A stretch of DNA of 63,810 bases, the filler included, from Octopus bimaculoides (Eukaryota), in assembly GCF_001194135.2 (NCBI RefSeq). It is 5 parts of 4 records of this genome, joined end to end, with 100 filler letters (N's around TTAATTAATTAA, not from the genome) between each part and the next. Parts side by side here need not be neighbours in the genome. Positions count along the whole stretch, not along the records: positions 35,511 to 53,204 come from NC_068987.1; 4 more parts are not named here. One strand, given 5' to 3'. The position numbers and the translations under genes are program-made. Each line of letters starts with the position of its first letter. The first letter of the stretch is position 1. The notes beneath the pieces were generated by a model that saw only the letters and a program-made list of their open reading frames with translations, ran no database searches and was not told the DNA's origin. Below, piece after piece: positions 38,712 through 51,399 of this stretch.

Positions 38712-38911
38712 NNNNNNNNNNNNNNNNNNNNNNNNNNNNNNNNNNNNNNNNNNNNNNNNNNNNNNNNNNNNNNNNNNNNNNNNNNNNNNNNNNNNNNNNN
38801 NNNNNNNNTTTATTTAATTTCTCTCCAACAGAGAAAGACTCGATTTCTAACCTAGATCAGAAGCGCCTTCATTTGAATTTCAACATCAATAATATATATA
38901 TATACATATAC

Positions 38912-40998
38912 ATGCAAAGCCCCCTCTCGACCCAAAACAACGTGTGGTGGAACAATGTTGTTGACAGGGCTATTAGACAAAAGAAACAGGCTTGGAAGGA
39001 CTGGAAGAACGGAGGTAGCAGGGAATTGTATCAGACTGCCAGACGGGAAGCTGGGAGACAGGTTTATTTAGCCAGAGAGGAAGCGGATAAAACAAAATTT
39101 TCCAATGTTCTGCGCCGTGAGGACCAAAGACTTGAAGTATTTCGTGTTGCAAGACAGTGTGTGAGAGAGAATCGTGATGTCGTAGGAGAGAAATGTGACC
39201 GCATGTATGATGGCTCGCACTAAACGAGGTTGCAAAGAGAGACGTTTGGAGACGCCACTATGAAAGGTTGCTTAATAAAGAGAATGAATGGGAGAAAGAG
39301 AGTCTGACGAATGTCGACCCAACAGAGGGACCAATTATCCTGATTGACAGTACCTTGGTAGATAAAGCGATAATGAGTATGAAGACAGGCAAAACCCGCG
39401 GCCCATCAGGAATCACTGCAGAAATGCTCAAAATATCTGGCAGTGTCGGCTACAGCCTAGTCACTCGTATAGTTAACCAGGTGATACACGAAGGAGTCAT
39501 ACCCAATGACTGGTGTAGCAGCACCATAGTCAACTGCTACAAAGGTAAAGGTGACGCTTTAGACACAAACAGTTACAGAGGTATCAAGTTGTTGGACCAG
39601 GTAATGAAGGTCACCGAGAGGGTCATAGCCAACTAATGAGGAAGAAAGTCAGCTTAGATGAGATGCAGTTTGGATTCGTGCCAGGGAAAAGCACCACTGA
39701 CGCCATATTTCTGGTAAGACAGCTGCAGGAAAAATACCTAGCCAAAAATAAACGTCTGTACCTGGCTTTCGTTGACATGGAGAAAGCCTTTGACAGGGCC
39801 CCCCCCGATCCTTTATCTGGTTGGTCAATGAGGAAAGTAGGGATAGATGAATGGTTAGTGAGAGCTGTGCTAGCCATGTACAGGGACACTGTCAGTAAGG
39901 TGAGTGTTGGCAACGAGTACAGTGAAGAATTCCGGGTAGAGGTAGGGGTCCACCAAGGTTCAGTCCTCATCCCCCCTCCTATTTATCATAGTCCTCCGGG
40001 CAATAATACAGGAATTCAAGACAGGTTGCCCCTGGGAGCCACTCTATGCTGATGACCTTGCACTAATTTCTGAGTCACTATCAGAACTACAGGAGAAGTT
40101 TCAGGTGCGGAAGCAAGGATTAGAATCGAAGGGCCTTAGAGTCAACCTAGCTAAAACCAAAGTCCTAATAAGTAGAAAGGTAGACAAACCACAAACCCCT
40201 TCAGGTAGATGGCCTTGCTCGATCTGTAGAAAAGGTGTAGGTAGAAACTCTATGAGATGTACCCAGTGTAAGCTATGGACACATAAGAGGTGCAGCAATA
40301 TCAAAGGAAGGCTAACTAGCGAGATAGTTTTTGTATGTGGCAGATGCCCAGGAGCAATAAACACTGGAAATGTGCAGAGAACAACTTCTGCCACATTCCA
40401 AGGAGAAAAACTAGAAGTAGTTGATAGCTTCCGTTACCTAGGTGACCAAGTCAGTAACGGGGGAGGGTGCGCTGGATGTGTAACTGCTAGAATAAGAATA
40501 GCCTGGGCAAAGTTCAGAGAGCTCTTACCTCTACTGGTGACAACGGGCCACTCTCTCAGAGCAAAAGGCAGACTGTATGACGCATGTGTACGAACAGCCA
40601 TGCTACATGGCAGTGAAACATGGGCCGTGACGGCTTAGGACATGCGTAAGCTCGCAAGGAATGAAGCCAGTATGCTCCGATGGATGTGTAATGTCAGTGT
40701 GCATACTCGACAGAGTGTAAGTACCTTGAGAGAAAAGTTGGACCTAAGAAGCATCAGTTATGGTGTGCAAGAGAGACGATTGCGCTGGTATGGTCATTTG
40801 GCGAGAATGGATGACGATAGCTGTGTGAAAAAGTGCCACAGCCTTGCGGTTGAGGGTACCTATGGAAGAAGTAGACCCAGGAAGACCTGGGATGAGGTGG
40901 TTAAGCACGACCTTCGAACATTAGGCTTCATCGAGGCAATGACTTGTGACCGAGACCTTTGGAAATATGCTGTGCGTGAGAAGACCCGGCAAGACAAG
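38912..40998 (+). mobile_element. RTE-clade LINE, RT domain to C-terminus, with stops and frameshifts
   Basis: GPSGITAEMLK, KGKGDAL..YRGIKLL, QFGFVPGKSTTDAIF, AFVDMEKAFD, GVHQGSVL, LYADDL, FRYLG, ERRLRWYGH..GRSRPRKTW. Confidence 0.95.
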
Positions 40999-41732
40999 NN
41001 NNNNNNNNNNNNNNNNNNNNNNNNNNNNNNNNNNNNNNNNNNNNNNNNNNNNNNNNNNNNNNNNNNNNNNNNNNNNNNNNNNNNNNNNNNNNNNNNNNNN
41101 NNNNNNNNNNNNNNNNNNNNNNNNNNNNNNNNNNNNNNNNNNNNNNNNNNNNNNNNNNNNNNNNNNNNNNNNNNNNNNNNNNNNNNNNNNNNNNNNNNNN
41201 NNNNNNNNNNNNNNNNNNNNNNNNNNNNNNNNNNNNNNNNNNNNNNNNNNNNNNNNNNNNNNNNNNNNNNNNNNNNNNNNNNNNNNNNNNNNNNNNNNNN
41301 NNNNNNNNNNNNNNNNNNNNNNNNNNNNNNNNNNNNNNNNNNNNNNNNNNNNNNNNNNNNNNNNNNNNNNNNNNNNNNNNNNNNNNNNNNNNNNNNNNNN
41401 NNNNNNNNNNNNNNNNNNNNNNNNNNNNNNNNNNNNNNNNNNNNNNNNNNNNNNNNNNNNNNNNNNNNNNNNNNNNNNNNNNNNNNNNNNNNNNNNNNNN
41501 NNNNNNNNNNNNNNNNNNNNNNNNNNNNNNNNNNNNNNNNNNNNNNNNNNNNNNNNNNNNNNNNNNNNNNNNNNNNNNNNNNNNNNNNNNNNNNNNNNNN
41601 NNNNNNNNNNNNNNNNNNNNNNNNNNNNNNNNNNNNNNNNNNNNNNNNNNNNNNNNNNNNNNNNNNNNNNNNNNNNNNNNNNNNNNNNNNNNNNNNNNNN
41701 NNNNNNNNNNNNNNNNNNNNNNNNNNNNNNNA

Positions 41733-41910
41733 ACATCGCTTGACAACCGATGCTTGTGTGTTTATGTCCCCGTAATTTAGTGGTTCGGCAAAACAGACCG
41801 ATAGAATAAGTACTAGGCATCCAAACAATAAGTCTTGGGGTCGATTTGCTCGACTAAAGGCGGTGCTCCAGCATGGCCACAGTGAAATGACTGAAACAAG
41901 TAAAAGATAT
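41733..41910 (+). mobile_element. SINE family A, 3' half
   Basis: Matches 19450-19625. Confidence 0.85.
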
Positions 41911-41982
41911 ATATATATATATATATATACATATATACATACAAATATACATACATATATATATACATATATATATATACAT

Positions 41983-42033
<51 letters not shown>

Positions 42034-42843
42034 TACATACAAATACATATATACATACATACATACATATATACATATACATGAATCAAAAATTTCGCAA
42101 GCACACACGCATACGCGCACGCACATACACACACATATATATATATATATATATGCAGAATGAGAGAGAAGAGGAGGAAAGAGACAGACACACGGTCATA
42201 CACACATATACACACATGCATGCATGCATACATACATACATATATATATACATACATACATACATACATAAACATGATTTTTAACTTTGGACCTAAGTTC
42301 TCTATTAGTTTTTATCTTTAATTATTTTTTTTCAGAGCAAGTTAGGAAATATAAGAATATTTCCTTTCGTTTTAATTTCGAAGAAAATCGTAGGATATTG
42401 TTATGTGTGTGTGTAGTTTTTGCTAGGTCGTATGATTTTCATTGAAAAACTGCTTTTACTTTCACATTCATTGAAAAACTGATTTTACCTTCACATTCAT
42501 TTCTAAGAAAGGAACCCATTCTACACAACAACTCCGTCTACAGCCGATTAAACAAACTCAAGGCATCACGAAACACTTGTCAATGCAAGCACATTTCAAA
42601 CCCGCTGAATATTGTCCAAGATTAAACAAGTCTCTCAGCCTTCGCTGCATTCCATTAATTGGATTCGATAAAATAAAGACCGGCTATCTACTGGCGTGAA
42701 TATAAATTTTGATTCTACATTTCTACAATTGTGTTTTCTCTGTCAAATTTAGAAATCACCAAATATATACTGACCACTTTCACGCTTATTACCCACAACA
42801 TCAACTTTTTCATTGGATTCAAAGTCGATATCTATAAAGCAAA

Positions 42844-43164
42844 ATGAGTCTCATCGAACTGAGCCCGAGCGAGATCCGTTATTCTCAAGATAGTATCAAG
42901 GCGACTTTCCAAAATGGGACACCATTATCGGATGTTATTGCTGATATTATAAGTGGTAGGAAATCGCCGAACGACATCCCGTCTATTGATGTTTACCTAA
43001 GAAACGGAACATACTATAGTTCCGATAATAGAAGACTCTATGTATTCAAAGAAGTACAAAGAATTCAGCCAGACTTGAAGATTAAGGTTATTCTAAACCG
43101 AATATTGTTTGTTCCCAAGTTAACAACAAGGAATGGTGGTAGGAGTATAGAAATCCGTGACTAA
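42844..43164 (+). CDS. Single-exon 106-aa protein with ParB/sulfiredoxin-like fold motifs
   Basis: Uninterrupted non-repetitive ORF with a caaaATG start context. Motifs IRYSQDSI..F.NG, IPSIDV, YYSSDNRRL and KLTTRNGGRSIEIR. Confidence 0.75.
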   Translation: MSLIELSPSEIRYSQDSIKATFQNGTPLSDVIADIISGRKSPNDIPSIDVYLRNGTYYSSDNRRLYVFKEVQRIQPDLKIKVILNRILFVPKLTTRNGGRSIEIRD

Positions 43165-44578
43165 ACTGTGGAATAGGTCTCGTTCTGCGACATAAAGCAT
43201 ACTCAACATATATATANNNNNNNNNNNNNNNNNNNNNNNNNNNNNNNNNNNNNNNNNNNNNNNNNNNNNNNNNNNNNNNNNNNNNNNNNNNNNNNNNNNN
43301 NNNNNNNNNNNNNNNNNNNNNNNNNNNNNNNNNNNNNNNNNNNNNNNNNNNNNNNNNNNNNNNNNNNNNNNNNNNNNNNNNNNNNNNNNNNNNNNNNNNN
43401 NNNNNNNNNNNNNNNNNNNNNNNNNNNNNNNNNNNNNNNNNNNNNNNNNNNNNNNNNNNNNNNNNNNNNNNNNNNNNNNNNNNNNNNNNNNNNNNNNNNN
43501 NNNNNNNNNNNNNNNNNNNNNNNNNNNNNNNNNNNNNNNNNNNNNNNNNNNNNNNNNNNNNNNNNNNNNNNNNNNNNNNNNNNNNNNNNNNNNNNNNNNN
43601 NNNNNNNNNNNNNNNNNNNNNNNNNNNNNNNNNNNNNNNNNNNNNNNNNNNNNNNNNNNNNNNNNNNNNNNNNNNNNNNNNNNNNNNNNNNNNNNNNNNN
43701 NNNNNNNNNNNNNNNNNNNNNNNNNNNNNNNNNNNNNNNNNNNNNNNNNNNNNNNNNNNNNNNNNNNNNNNNNNNNNNNNNNNNNNNNNNNNNNNNNNNN
43801 NNNNNNNNNNNNNNNNNNNNNNNNNNNNNNNNNNNNNNNNNNNNNNNNNNNNNNNNNNNNNNNNNNNNNNNNNNNNNNNNNNNNNNNNNNNNNNNNNNNN
43901 NNNNNNNNNNNNNNNNNNNNNNNNNNNNNNNNNNNNNNNNNNNNNNNNNNNNNNNNNNNNNNNNNNNNNNNNNNNNNNNNNNNNNNNNNNNNNNNNNNNN
44001 NNNNNGCGGAGCATCAACAGTAATAATAACTTGATCAAATAAAATTTTTGTCAGAATTCTGGTTTTAGCACCCCATAGAACCCCTCATAACTTTTTTGTT
44101 TTCTGGAATTTTCAGAAAATTTTTTCGAATTTTAATTTTTTAAAACTCAGAGTTTAAAATATGGACAATGCAGATTTTTAAAATCCGACCGATAGACCAT
44201 CACCATTTTGTGTGAGAAAATTTACCTTTTTTTTTTTTTAATAATCGTATGAATTCCCATGTAATGAACTTAAATTCGCAAAAAAAATTATGAAAATCAC
44301 AATAAATATAAAAATTATGAGGGATTATATATGATTCTTAAACCGGAATTCCGTCACATTTTTATTGGTATAATTAGTACGCAAACCAAATATTTACTAC
44401 ACCAGTTTCGCTTTTGTGAATTTCCTAAATTTCAGTATGTAACCTATATCAGCGTTTTAATTCATATTTTCTTTAGGTTTCACTTTTGTCGAACCGTCTT
44501 TTTGCATGCTATTTTATAACACTCCCTCGTGAAATTAAAGAATGTTGTGAATTATTTCTAATTTTGTGCTCTTTTTTT

Positions 44579-45063
44579 GGTGGAGATGGAGTATATGTAA
44601 TCTGGGTATACCCCCCCTTTTAAATTTTGTTTTTTTTTACGGAATCCTATGTTTCAGACCATGGAGAATCCGATTCTGGAAAAAAAATTTTCAAAAATCT
44701 CAATTTCAAAATTTGGACCCCCCACCTGGTTTTTATATAGATCCACAGGGTAAACCTAACCCTAACTCAAACCCTAACCCTAACCCTAACCCTAACCCTG
44801 ACCCTAACCCTAACCCTAAACCTAACCCTAACACTAGTTTTGTGAGATTTGGCTGTTATTTCTAGCATGTAAATAGCCTGCTTGGTGAGGCGGGGGGGGA
44901 ATTGAAATTTTTCAAAAATTTTTTTTTCAGAATCGGAATCTCCATAGCCTAAAACGTAAAAATTAATTTATTTTTCAGAATCGGAATCTCCATAGCCTAA
45001 AACGTAAAAATTAATAAATAAGGGGGGGGGGAAGGTTCAGATTACAAATAGTCCATCTCTACC
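44579..45063. mobile_element. Foldback/MITE-like element with GG..CC ends and long imperfect TIRs
   Basis: Left GGTGGAGATGGAGTATATGTAATCTG versus right (reverse complement) GGTAGAGATGGACTATTTGTAATCTG. Internal inverted matches ggagaatccgattctg / cagaatcggaatctcc. Confidence 0.7.
44752..44832. repeat. Interstitial telomere-type (CCCTAA)n repeat, ~13 degenerate units
   Basis: Direct reading: aaacctaaccctaactcaaaccctaaccctaaccctaaccctaaccctgaccctaaccctaaccctaaacctaaccctaa. Confidence 0.9.
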
Positions 45064-45722
45064 GTACAGTTAACACTGGCGATCAAGTAAGAAAGCAAAA
45101 CGAAAAAGGGATTTAACGAGAGTACTCTCCTTTGACCTTCTAGAAAGTTCTCGAGCATTCTAGAAGCTTCAGGTTGATGTGGAAGTCAAGGACTTCCGGT
45201 TCATCCCTTATATAAAGGAACACCTTTCTAAATTCGCGCCTCTCATATCTGTTCATTCTTCAACATGCATTGAGTCACGCCATTCGCTTACACACCAGCT
45301 CGCGCGTATGCTCGCATCCTTTTGCTTTGGGATATGTGGTTGCAAAAGAATGTATTCATGCGATGTTACAAGCTTTCCTTCAATTTACCTTATGTGTTAA
45401 CGCATTACCTCCAGTAATAAATATGCTATGACTTATTACCAACGTCTCGCAAATTCTGATTTTCTTGTCATTACGTACAAGATGGTGAGCCCCTCTTTCT
45501 CTCATGTTTATTAAATTATAGGATGTCACTTAATTGACATCACTATATATGGATATATGTACTTGGAAATGGCTGCGTCGCATTCAATTAAATCGTAATA
45601 AATAATACATGGGTATATATGATAGAGAGACAGAAAACGGTGAAAGAGGGGTGACGCTTCCATTTCCCTAGTAAGTATGTGTGAGTGTGTGATGCCCATA
45701 TATATCAATTAAAACTTTATCG

Positions 45723-45767
<45 letters not shown>

Positions 45768-45768
<1 letters not shown>

Positions 45769-46049
45769 TGGAAGGTTTGGAGATGATGTACAGAAATTAT
45801 ATCGATCGCTTAAAAAAAGCATTCCTCGAAGAGGACTTACTTTCGGTTCCTACCGTTCCTCAAACGGATTCAACAACTTCAGCTTCACCCATCGCAAACA
45901 CCTCAGATTCTACACAACCCCGGTACACCAAATCGGGAAGAACAGTTCGATGGCGCGCAAGATTTGTTCAAGTCTTTCGAGTAAGTACAAACACTTCACC
46001 TACTCGTCTTCTCAATAGAAATGTCCACAGCGTCCACATCAACAAATAA
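45768..46049 (+). mobile_element. Gypsy LTR-retrotransposon integrase C-terminal fragment
   Basis: IDRLKKAF..(S/T/P-rich linker)..TKSGRTVR is the typical tail of Gypsy pol. Confidence 0.5.
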
Positions 46050-47439
46050 AACGTTTTCTTTTTTCTTATGGTTATGAACAATTGCCACACATACATAACC
46101 CAAGTGACTCTGCATCGTCTGCATACAAGCCAAAACAAAACAAAGAATATTTTGTAGAAAAAAAAAAAAAAACGTTTTGCTATGTCAACGAAAAACATTT
46201 TTTATGAACATTGTTCTGCTAATTGAACTGACTGAACGTTTAACCAACGAACTTTTTTGCATGAACATTTTCATTTTTCTGTAAAATTATATTTTCGTGC
46301 ATGCACATATGTTTTGCTTTGTTTAAAAATGTTTTGCTCTCTACATCACACCTGTATGCTTACATACACTTGCACCACTCATATTTTCATGTGTGGTATC
46401 ACTTGCTCTCTGCGTCAACGAAAGACAACTTACCTCCCTTAGACCTCTAGTGGATCGCGTGATCAATTGAGTTGCATATCTCTTTCAACGCGCCAGCATA
46501 TTACATTTATGCTTCTCCCTAGGCATATACACATTGCCTAATATATATTGCACACACCAACTCTGAACGTTGATTTTATTGCTTTACTTTTTTTTTCATT
46601 TCTTTTACTTCCCATGTTTTTGACATGTATTTATTTGTTTGTAAATGACACTCTATCCATTTTTCTGCATTACACACCAAATCACACATTTTCAATATGA
46701 CACGCATGTGTACCGTTCGATCTCTGTGGCTTTCTCACTAGAAGCGGGGAAGTGTAAAAACTAACACTTTCTTTTTCTGAGCTGAGATTCGGAAACGAAA
46801 TCTAAGGATTCTCATTCGTCTGATCCACCACTGGCTAAACAGGCGCGAAAGAAATTTCTTTGTCCTGTCAAAAAGTAATGGATGGATTTCCCTTCCACCT
46901 CCGACCTGAGCTGTGTCATTTAAGGTTCAAGTGGATAGGAGGCGATCTACATAGGTAGAATTACTCCTGTGGTATGTCTGTCCTTCTAGTTGTCACGACC
47001 ATTATAAATACAGTCAGACAGACGACAGACGGGTAGATAGCCATCAACAGGCAAACGGTCAAGAGACAAGCAGACAGTCAGCAGTTAACTTGCGCCAGTC
47101 AGAACCACAAATTCAACATGAACGACCCAACACAATAGCAGTCACAGAACATAAACAGACACGACCGAATGACCAACGCACACACAGACACAAAACATGC
47201 CCGATTCTACCTCGTTACATCGACTCAGTATTTCCCCTGTTTATTTTCCACTTCGCCGACTCGAAGCAAGTTGGTAATGTCATGTAGCAGACTTTCTGGT
47301 GTATACAATATATATAAATGCAAGTGTCGATTAAAGATCCAGTAGAATAGCTCTCAGAAACAGACTACGTACAAATTCATTCTTCACAACTCCTGAAGCT
47401 GTTTTCAGATATGATCCATCCCATTCTTATAAAAATGAT

Positions 47440-47830
47440 AACTCTGCCCAAATTGGTGTGCTAAACACAAATTGTCGTGTTTGTAGAGCTTTAAAATTTT
47501 CGAATGAAACAAATGGTATGTGCTACTCAGGAGGTCAGGTAACATTGCCAGTACGACTAGCTCCTTCTCAACCTCTTATGAATCTTCTAGAAGGCACTTC
47601 CATCCAGTCAAAGGATTTTCTGAACAATATCAAACAATACAACTCTGCATTTCAAATGACACCGTTTGGTACATCTAAGAAGATAGATAAACATGAATTT
47701 ACGCCGACGTCAAAGTTCAAGAGCAAGTCTATCACCTCATTGGTTCCCTGTTACCCGCAAATGAACAACCACAGTTCCTCCAAATTTACTTTATGAGTGA
47801 TGTAGGACAACAAACCCGACGGAAGTGTCA
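47440..47830 (+). mobile_element. Helitron Rep N-terminal fragment
   Basis: CRVCRALKFSNETNGMCYSGGQVTLP..PLMNLLEG..SKDFLNNIKQYNSAFQMTPFG. Confidence 0.8.
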
Positions 47831-48354
47831 AACTTTCAGATGATGGGTCGTGTTTGACACAGTGCCGACTGCTGCAAAGGAGAGCATATCCACTGACAGC
47901 TTTTCTGTGCGTTCAAAAATCACATAACTCCTACCTCCAGTTTTCCATTGCAGGTTAGGGCCTGAAATACTCCAAACGGGCGCATAGCGTGTTGCTTAGT
48001 CGGATTAGCCTAGTATTTATTCAACAAATGTTTTGTTGTCAATACTGCACTTTCCCATATCACCTGTTTCAGTATAACTGTAATATATTATATGTGGTGT
48101 GTGCGTACGAGTAGATGTAATCGCCTTACCTCGGTTTTCCTTTCCTCGACTGCGAGTCTGTCTTGCGGTATCCAATCCTTGAAGCTAGCCCCGACCCAAA
48201 GTACACCAGGAATAGCAGCTGCCTCTCCCAAACCTAGACCGTCGCTTAACACGTCTTGTTCTGACCACAACCCCGTTCGAAAAGGGCACGAATCCCGATC
48301 GAGGCTCCCTCTGCCCTTTTCCCCCTTCCGGTCGACTCGCCCTTCCGGTCAGCC

Positions 48355-48439
48355 ACCCCAGGTACAGACGTTTATCTTTGGCTAGGTATTTCTCCTGAAG
48401 TTGTCTTGCCAGAAATATAGCATCAGTGGTGCTTTTCCC
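48355..48439 (-). mobile_element. RTE RT fragment
   Basis: GKSTTDAIFLARQLQEKYLAKDKRLYL, nearly identical to 39686-39765. Confidence 0.85.
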
Positions 48440-49396
48440 NNNNNNNNNNNNNNNNNNNNNNNNNNNNNNNNNNNNNNNNNNNNNNNNNNNNNNNNNNNNN
48501 NNNNNNNNNNNNNNNNNNNNNNNNNNNNNNNNNNNNNNNNNNNNNNNNNNNNNNNNNNNNNNNNNNNNNNNNNNNNNNNNNNNNNNNNNNNNNNNNNNNN
48601 NNNNNNNNNNNNNNNNNNNNNNNNNNNNNNNNNNNNNNNNNNNNNNNNNNNNNNNNNNNNNNNNNNNNNNNNNNNNNNNNNNNNNNNNNNNNNNNNNNNN
48701 NNNNNNNNNNNNNNNNNNNNNNNNNNNNNNNNNNNNNNNNNNNNNNNNNNNNNNNNNNNNNNNNNNNNNNNNNNNNNNNNNNNNNNNNNNNNNNNNNNNN
48801 NNNNNNNNNNNNNNNNNNNNNNNNNNNNNNNNNNNNNNNNNNNNNNNNNNNNNNNNNNNNNNNNNNNNNNNNNNNNNNNNNNNNNNNNNNNNNNNNNNNN
48901 NNNNNNNNNNNNNNNNNNNNNNNNNNNNNNNNNNNNNNNNNNNNNNNNNNNNNNNNNNNNNNNNNNNNNNNNNNNNNNNNNNNNNNNNNNNNNNNNNNNN
49001 NNNNNNNNNNNNNNNNNNNNNNNNNNNNNNNNNNNNNNNNNNNNNNNNNNNNNNNNNNNNNNNNNNNNNNNNNNNNNNNNNNNNNNNNNNNNNNNNNNNN
49101 NNNNNNNNNNNNNNNNNNNNNNNNNNNNNNNNNNNNNNNNNNNNNNNNNNNNNNNNNNNNNNNNNNNNNNNNNNNNNNNNNNNNNNNNNNNNNNNNNNNN
49201 NNNNNNNNNNNNNNNNNNNNNNNNNNNNNNNNNNNNNNNNNNNNNNNNNNNNNNNNNNNNNNNNNNNNNNNNNNNNNNNNNNNNNNNNNNNNNNNNNNNN
49301 NNNNNNNNNNNNNNNNNNNNNNNNNNNNNNNNNNNNNNNNNNNNNNNNNNNNNNNNNNNNNNNNNNNNNNNNNNNNNNNNNNNNNNNNNNNNNNNT

Positions 49397-49775
49397 TTTC
49401 TCTAAACGGATGGCGATATTTATGGCACACATAGAACAAAAAACCGGAGGGAAAGGCATAAACAAAACAAGTCTTTAGTTAATCGGATACGATCGTTTCA
49501 TGGTTAAGAGAATGAAAATTTCTCTATTCCAAATCTTCAGTCCGATATTCTGATATATTTGAAAGTGTCGCATGGCCAAAAATTACCGTGAATTTTTTTA
49601 GAGACACTTTCAAATTTATCAGAATATCGGACTGAAGATTTGGAATAGAGAAATTTTCATTCTCTTAACCATGAAACGATCGTATCCGATTAACTAAAGA
49701 CTTGTTTTGTTTATGCCTTTCCCTCCGGTTTTTTGTTCTATGTGTGCCATAAATATCGCCATCCGTTTAGAGAAA
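49397..49775. repeat. Near-perfect long inverted repeat, 173-bp arms and 33-bp spacer
   Basis: 49397-49569 is the reverse complement of 49603-49775 with one mismatch seen. The left arm runs into a gap. Confidence 0.9.
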
Positions 49776-50235
49776 AATTTGTAGTTTAGAATCAGTAGTT
49801 CTTTGACTGCTATTTCTAAATTTTCAGTATGTTGGAGAAGCAACTCAATGCTAATCCCTGTATATATATGATTATATATATATGTATATATATAGGTAGT
49901 GTTTTAGGCCCCAAAACTTTTCACTTCTTGCCTACTGCGAGCCCAGTGCAATATCACATCTCCTCCACTATTGCAGTATTACGTGTCAAAAGTGAAACAA
50001 TAACATCTCTCTATTGTAATGTTAGTTTCACTTTAATACTTTCACTTTAATAGTTTCACTTTAATACTGAAACTATTAAAGTGAAACTATTATCTGAAAT
50101 ATGTACAGGCATACATACATATATATACATACTTACATATATAATATATATATATATATATATTATGTGTGTGTGTGTATATATATGTATGTATGTATAC
50201 ATCTGCTCAAATGTATATATATATATACATACACA

Positions 50236-50321
<86 letters not shown>

Positions 50322-50744
50322 NNNNNNNNNNNNNNNNNNNNNNNNNNNNNNNNNNNNNNNNNNNNNNNNNNNNNNNNNNNNNNNNNNNNNNNNNNNNNNN
50401 NNNNNNNNNNNNNNNNNNNNNNNNNNNNNNNNNNNNNNNNNNNNNNNNNNNNNNNNNNNNNNNNNNNNNNNNNNNNNNNNNNNNNNNNNNNNNNNNNNNN
50501 NNNNNNNNNNNNNNNNNNNNNNNNNNNNNNNNNNNNNNNNNNNNNNNNNNNNNNNNNNNNNNNNNNNNNNNNNNNNNNNNNNNNNNNNNNNNNNNNNNNN
50601 NNNNNNNNNNNNNNNNNNNNNNNNNNNNNNNNNAGAGAGAGAGAGAGAGAGATGTATATATGAAAGAAGGTTTGAAAATGCAATTTTAAAGATGTTTATT
50701 CACTTTACCGGTTTCACTTCTTTAGGAAAAGATTGTTAAAAAGT

Positions 50745-51180
50745 AAAATATAAAGCTTTATATAAGCTTTGTAGTGTTAAGTACTGGTTGTCACAAAAGT
50801 ATTCAAATACATATATACATTCTCTGATAATAAGAAAATGTTTAAAAAACAGTCTAAGTATTAAAATACATATATACATTCTTTGATAATAATAAGAAAA
50901 TGTTAAAAACAGTCTAAGTATTAAAATACATACATAAAAATACATATATATATATATATATTCTTTGATAATAATAGAAAATGTTTAAAAAACAGTTTAA
51001 GTATTAAAATACATATATACATTCTTTGGTAATAATAATAAGAATATGTTTAAAATATAAAGCTTTGTGTAAGCTTTGTAGTGTTAAGGGCTGGTTGTCA
51101 CAAAAATATTAAAATACAAATAAACTTTCTCTGATAATAATAAGAAAATGTTAAAAACAGTTTAAGTATTAAAATTTATA
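50745..51180. repeat. AT-rich ~60-bp minisatellite with higher-order duplication
   Basis: Unit ..cattct(c/t)tgataataagaaaatgttaaaaacagt(c/t)taagtattaaaatacat repeats about five times. The aaagcttt..gtagtgttaag..ctggttgtcaca block occurs twice. Confidence 0.8.
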
Positions 51181-51399
51181 TATTTAAGAATTTACAAAAT
51201 ATTGGAGAGGAACTGACCCATCTTTTTGAAATGTTTTCTCTCTTGTGTGATGCTAGGGAATGTTGTCTATTTTAGGGGACAGTGTGGGAGGCTGGTTGGA
51301 GTGGGAGGAAGGAAGAGCAATGTAGAATTAAAAGGATGATTTTGTATTGTTTTATGGGTTAGTCCGTCATGGTTCAGTGGTGTTTGGAACTGGTCTTAG

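Noticed and set aside
48090-48355. GC-rich island as a promoter or gene
   Set aside because: Joined directly to an RTE fragment beside a gap, with no coding signal. Probably a TE UTR, but I cannot assign it.
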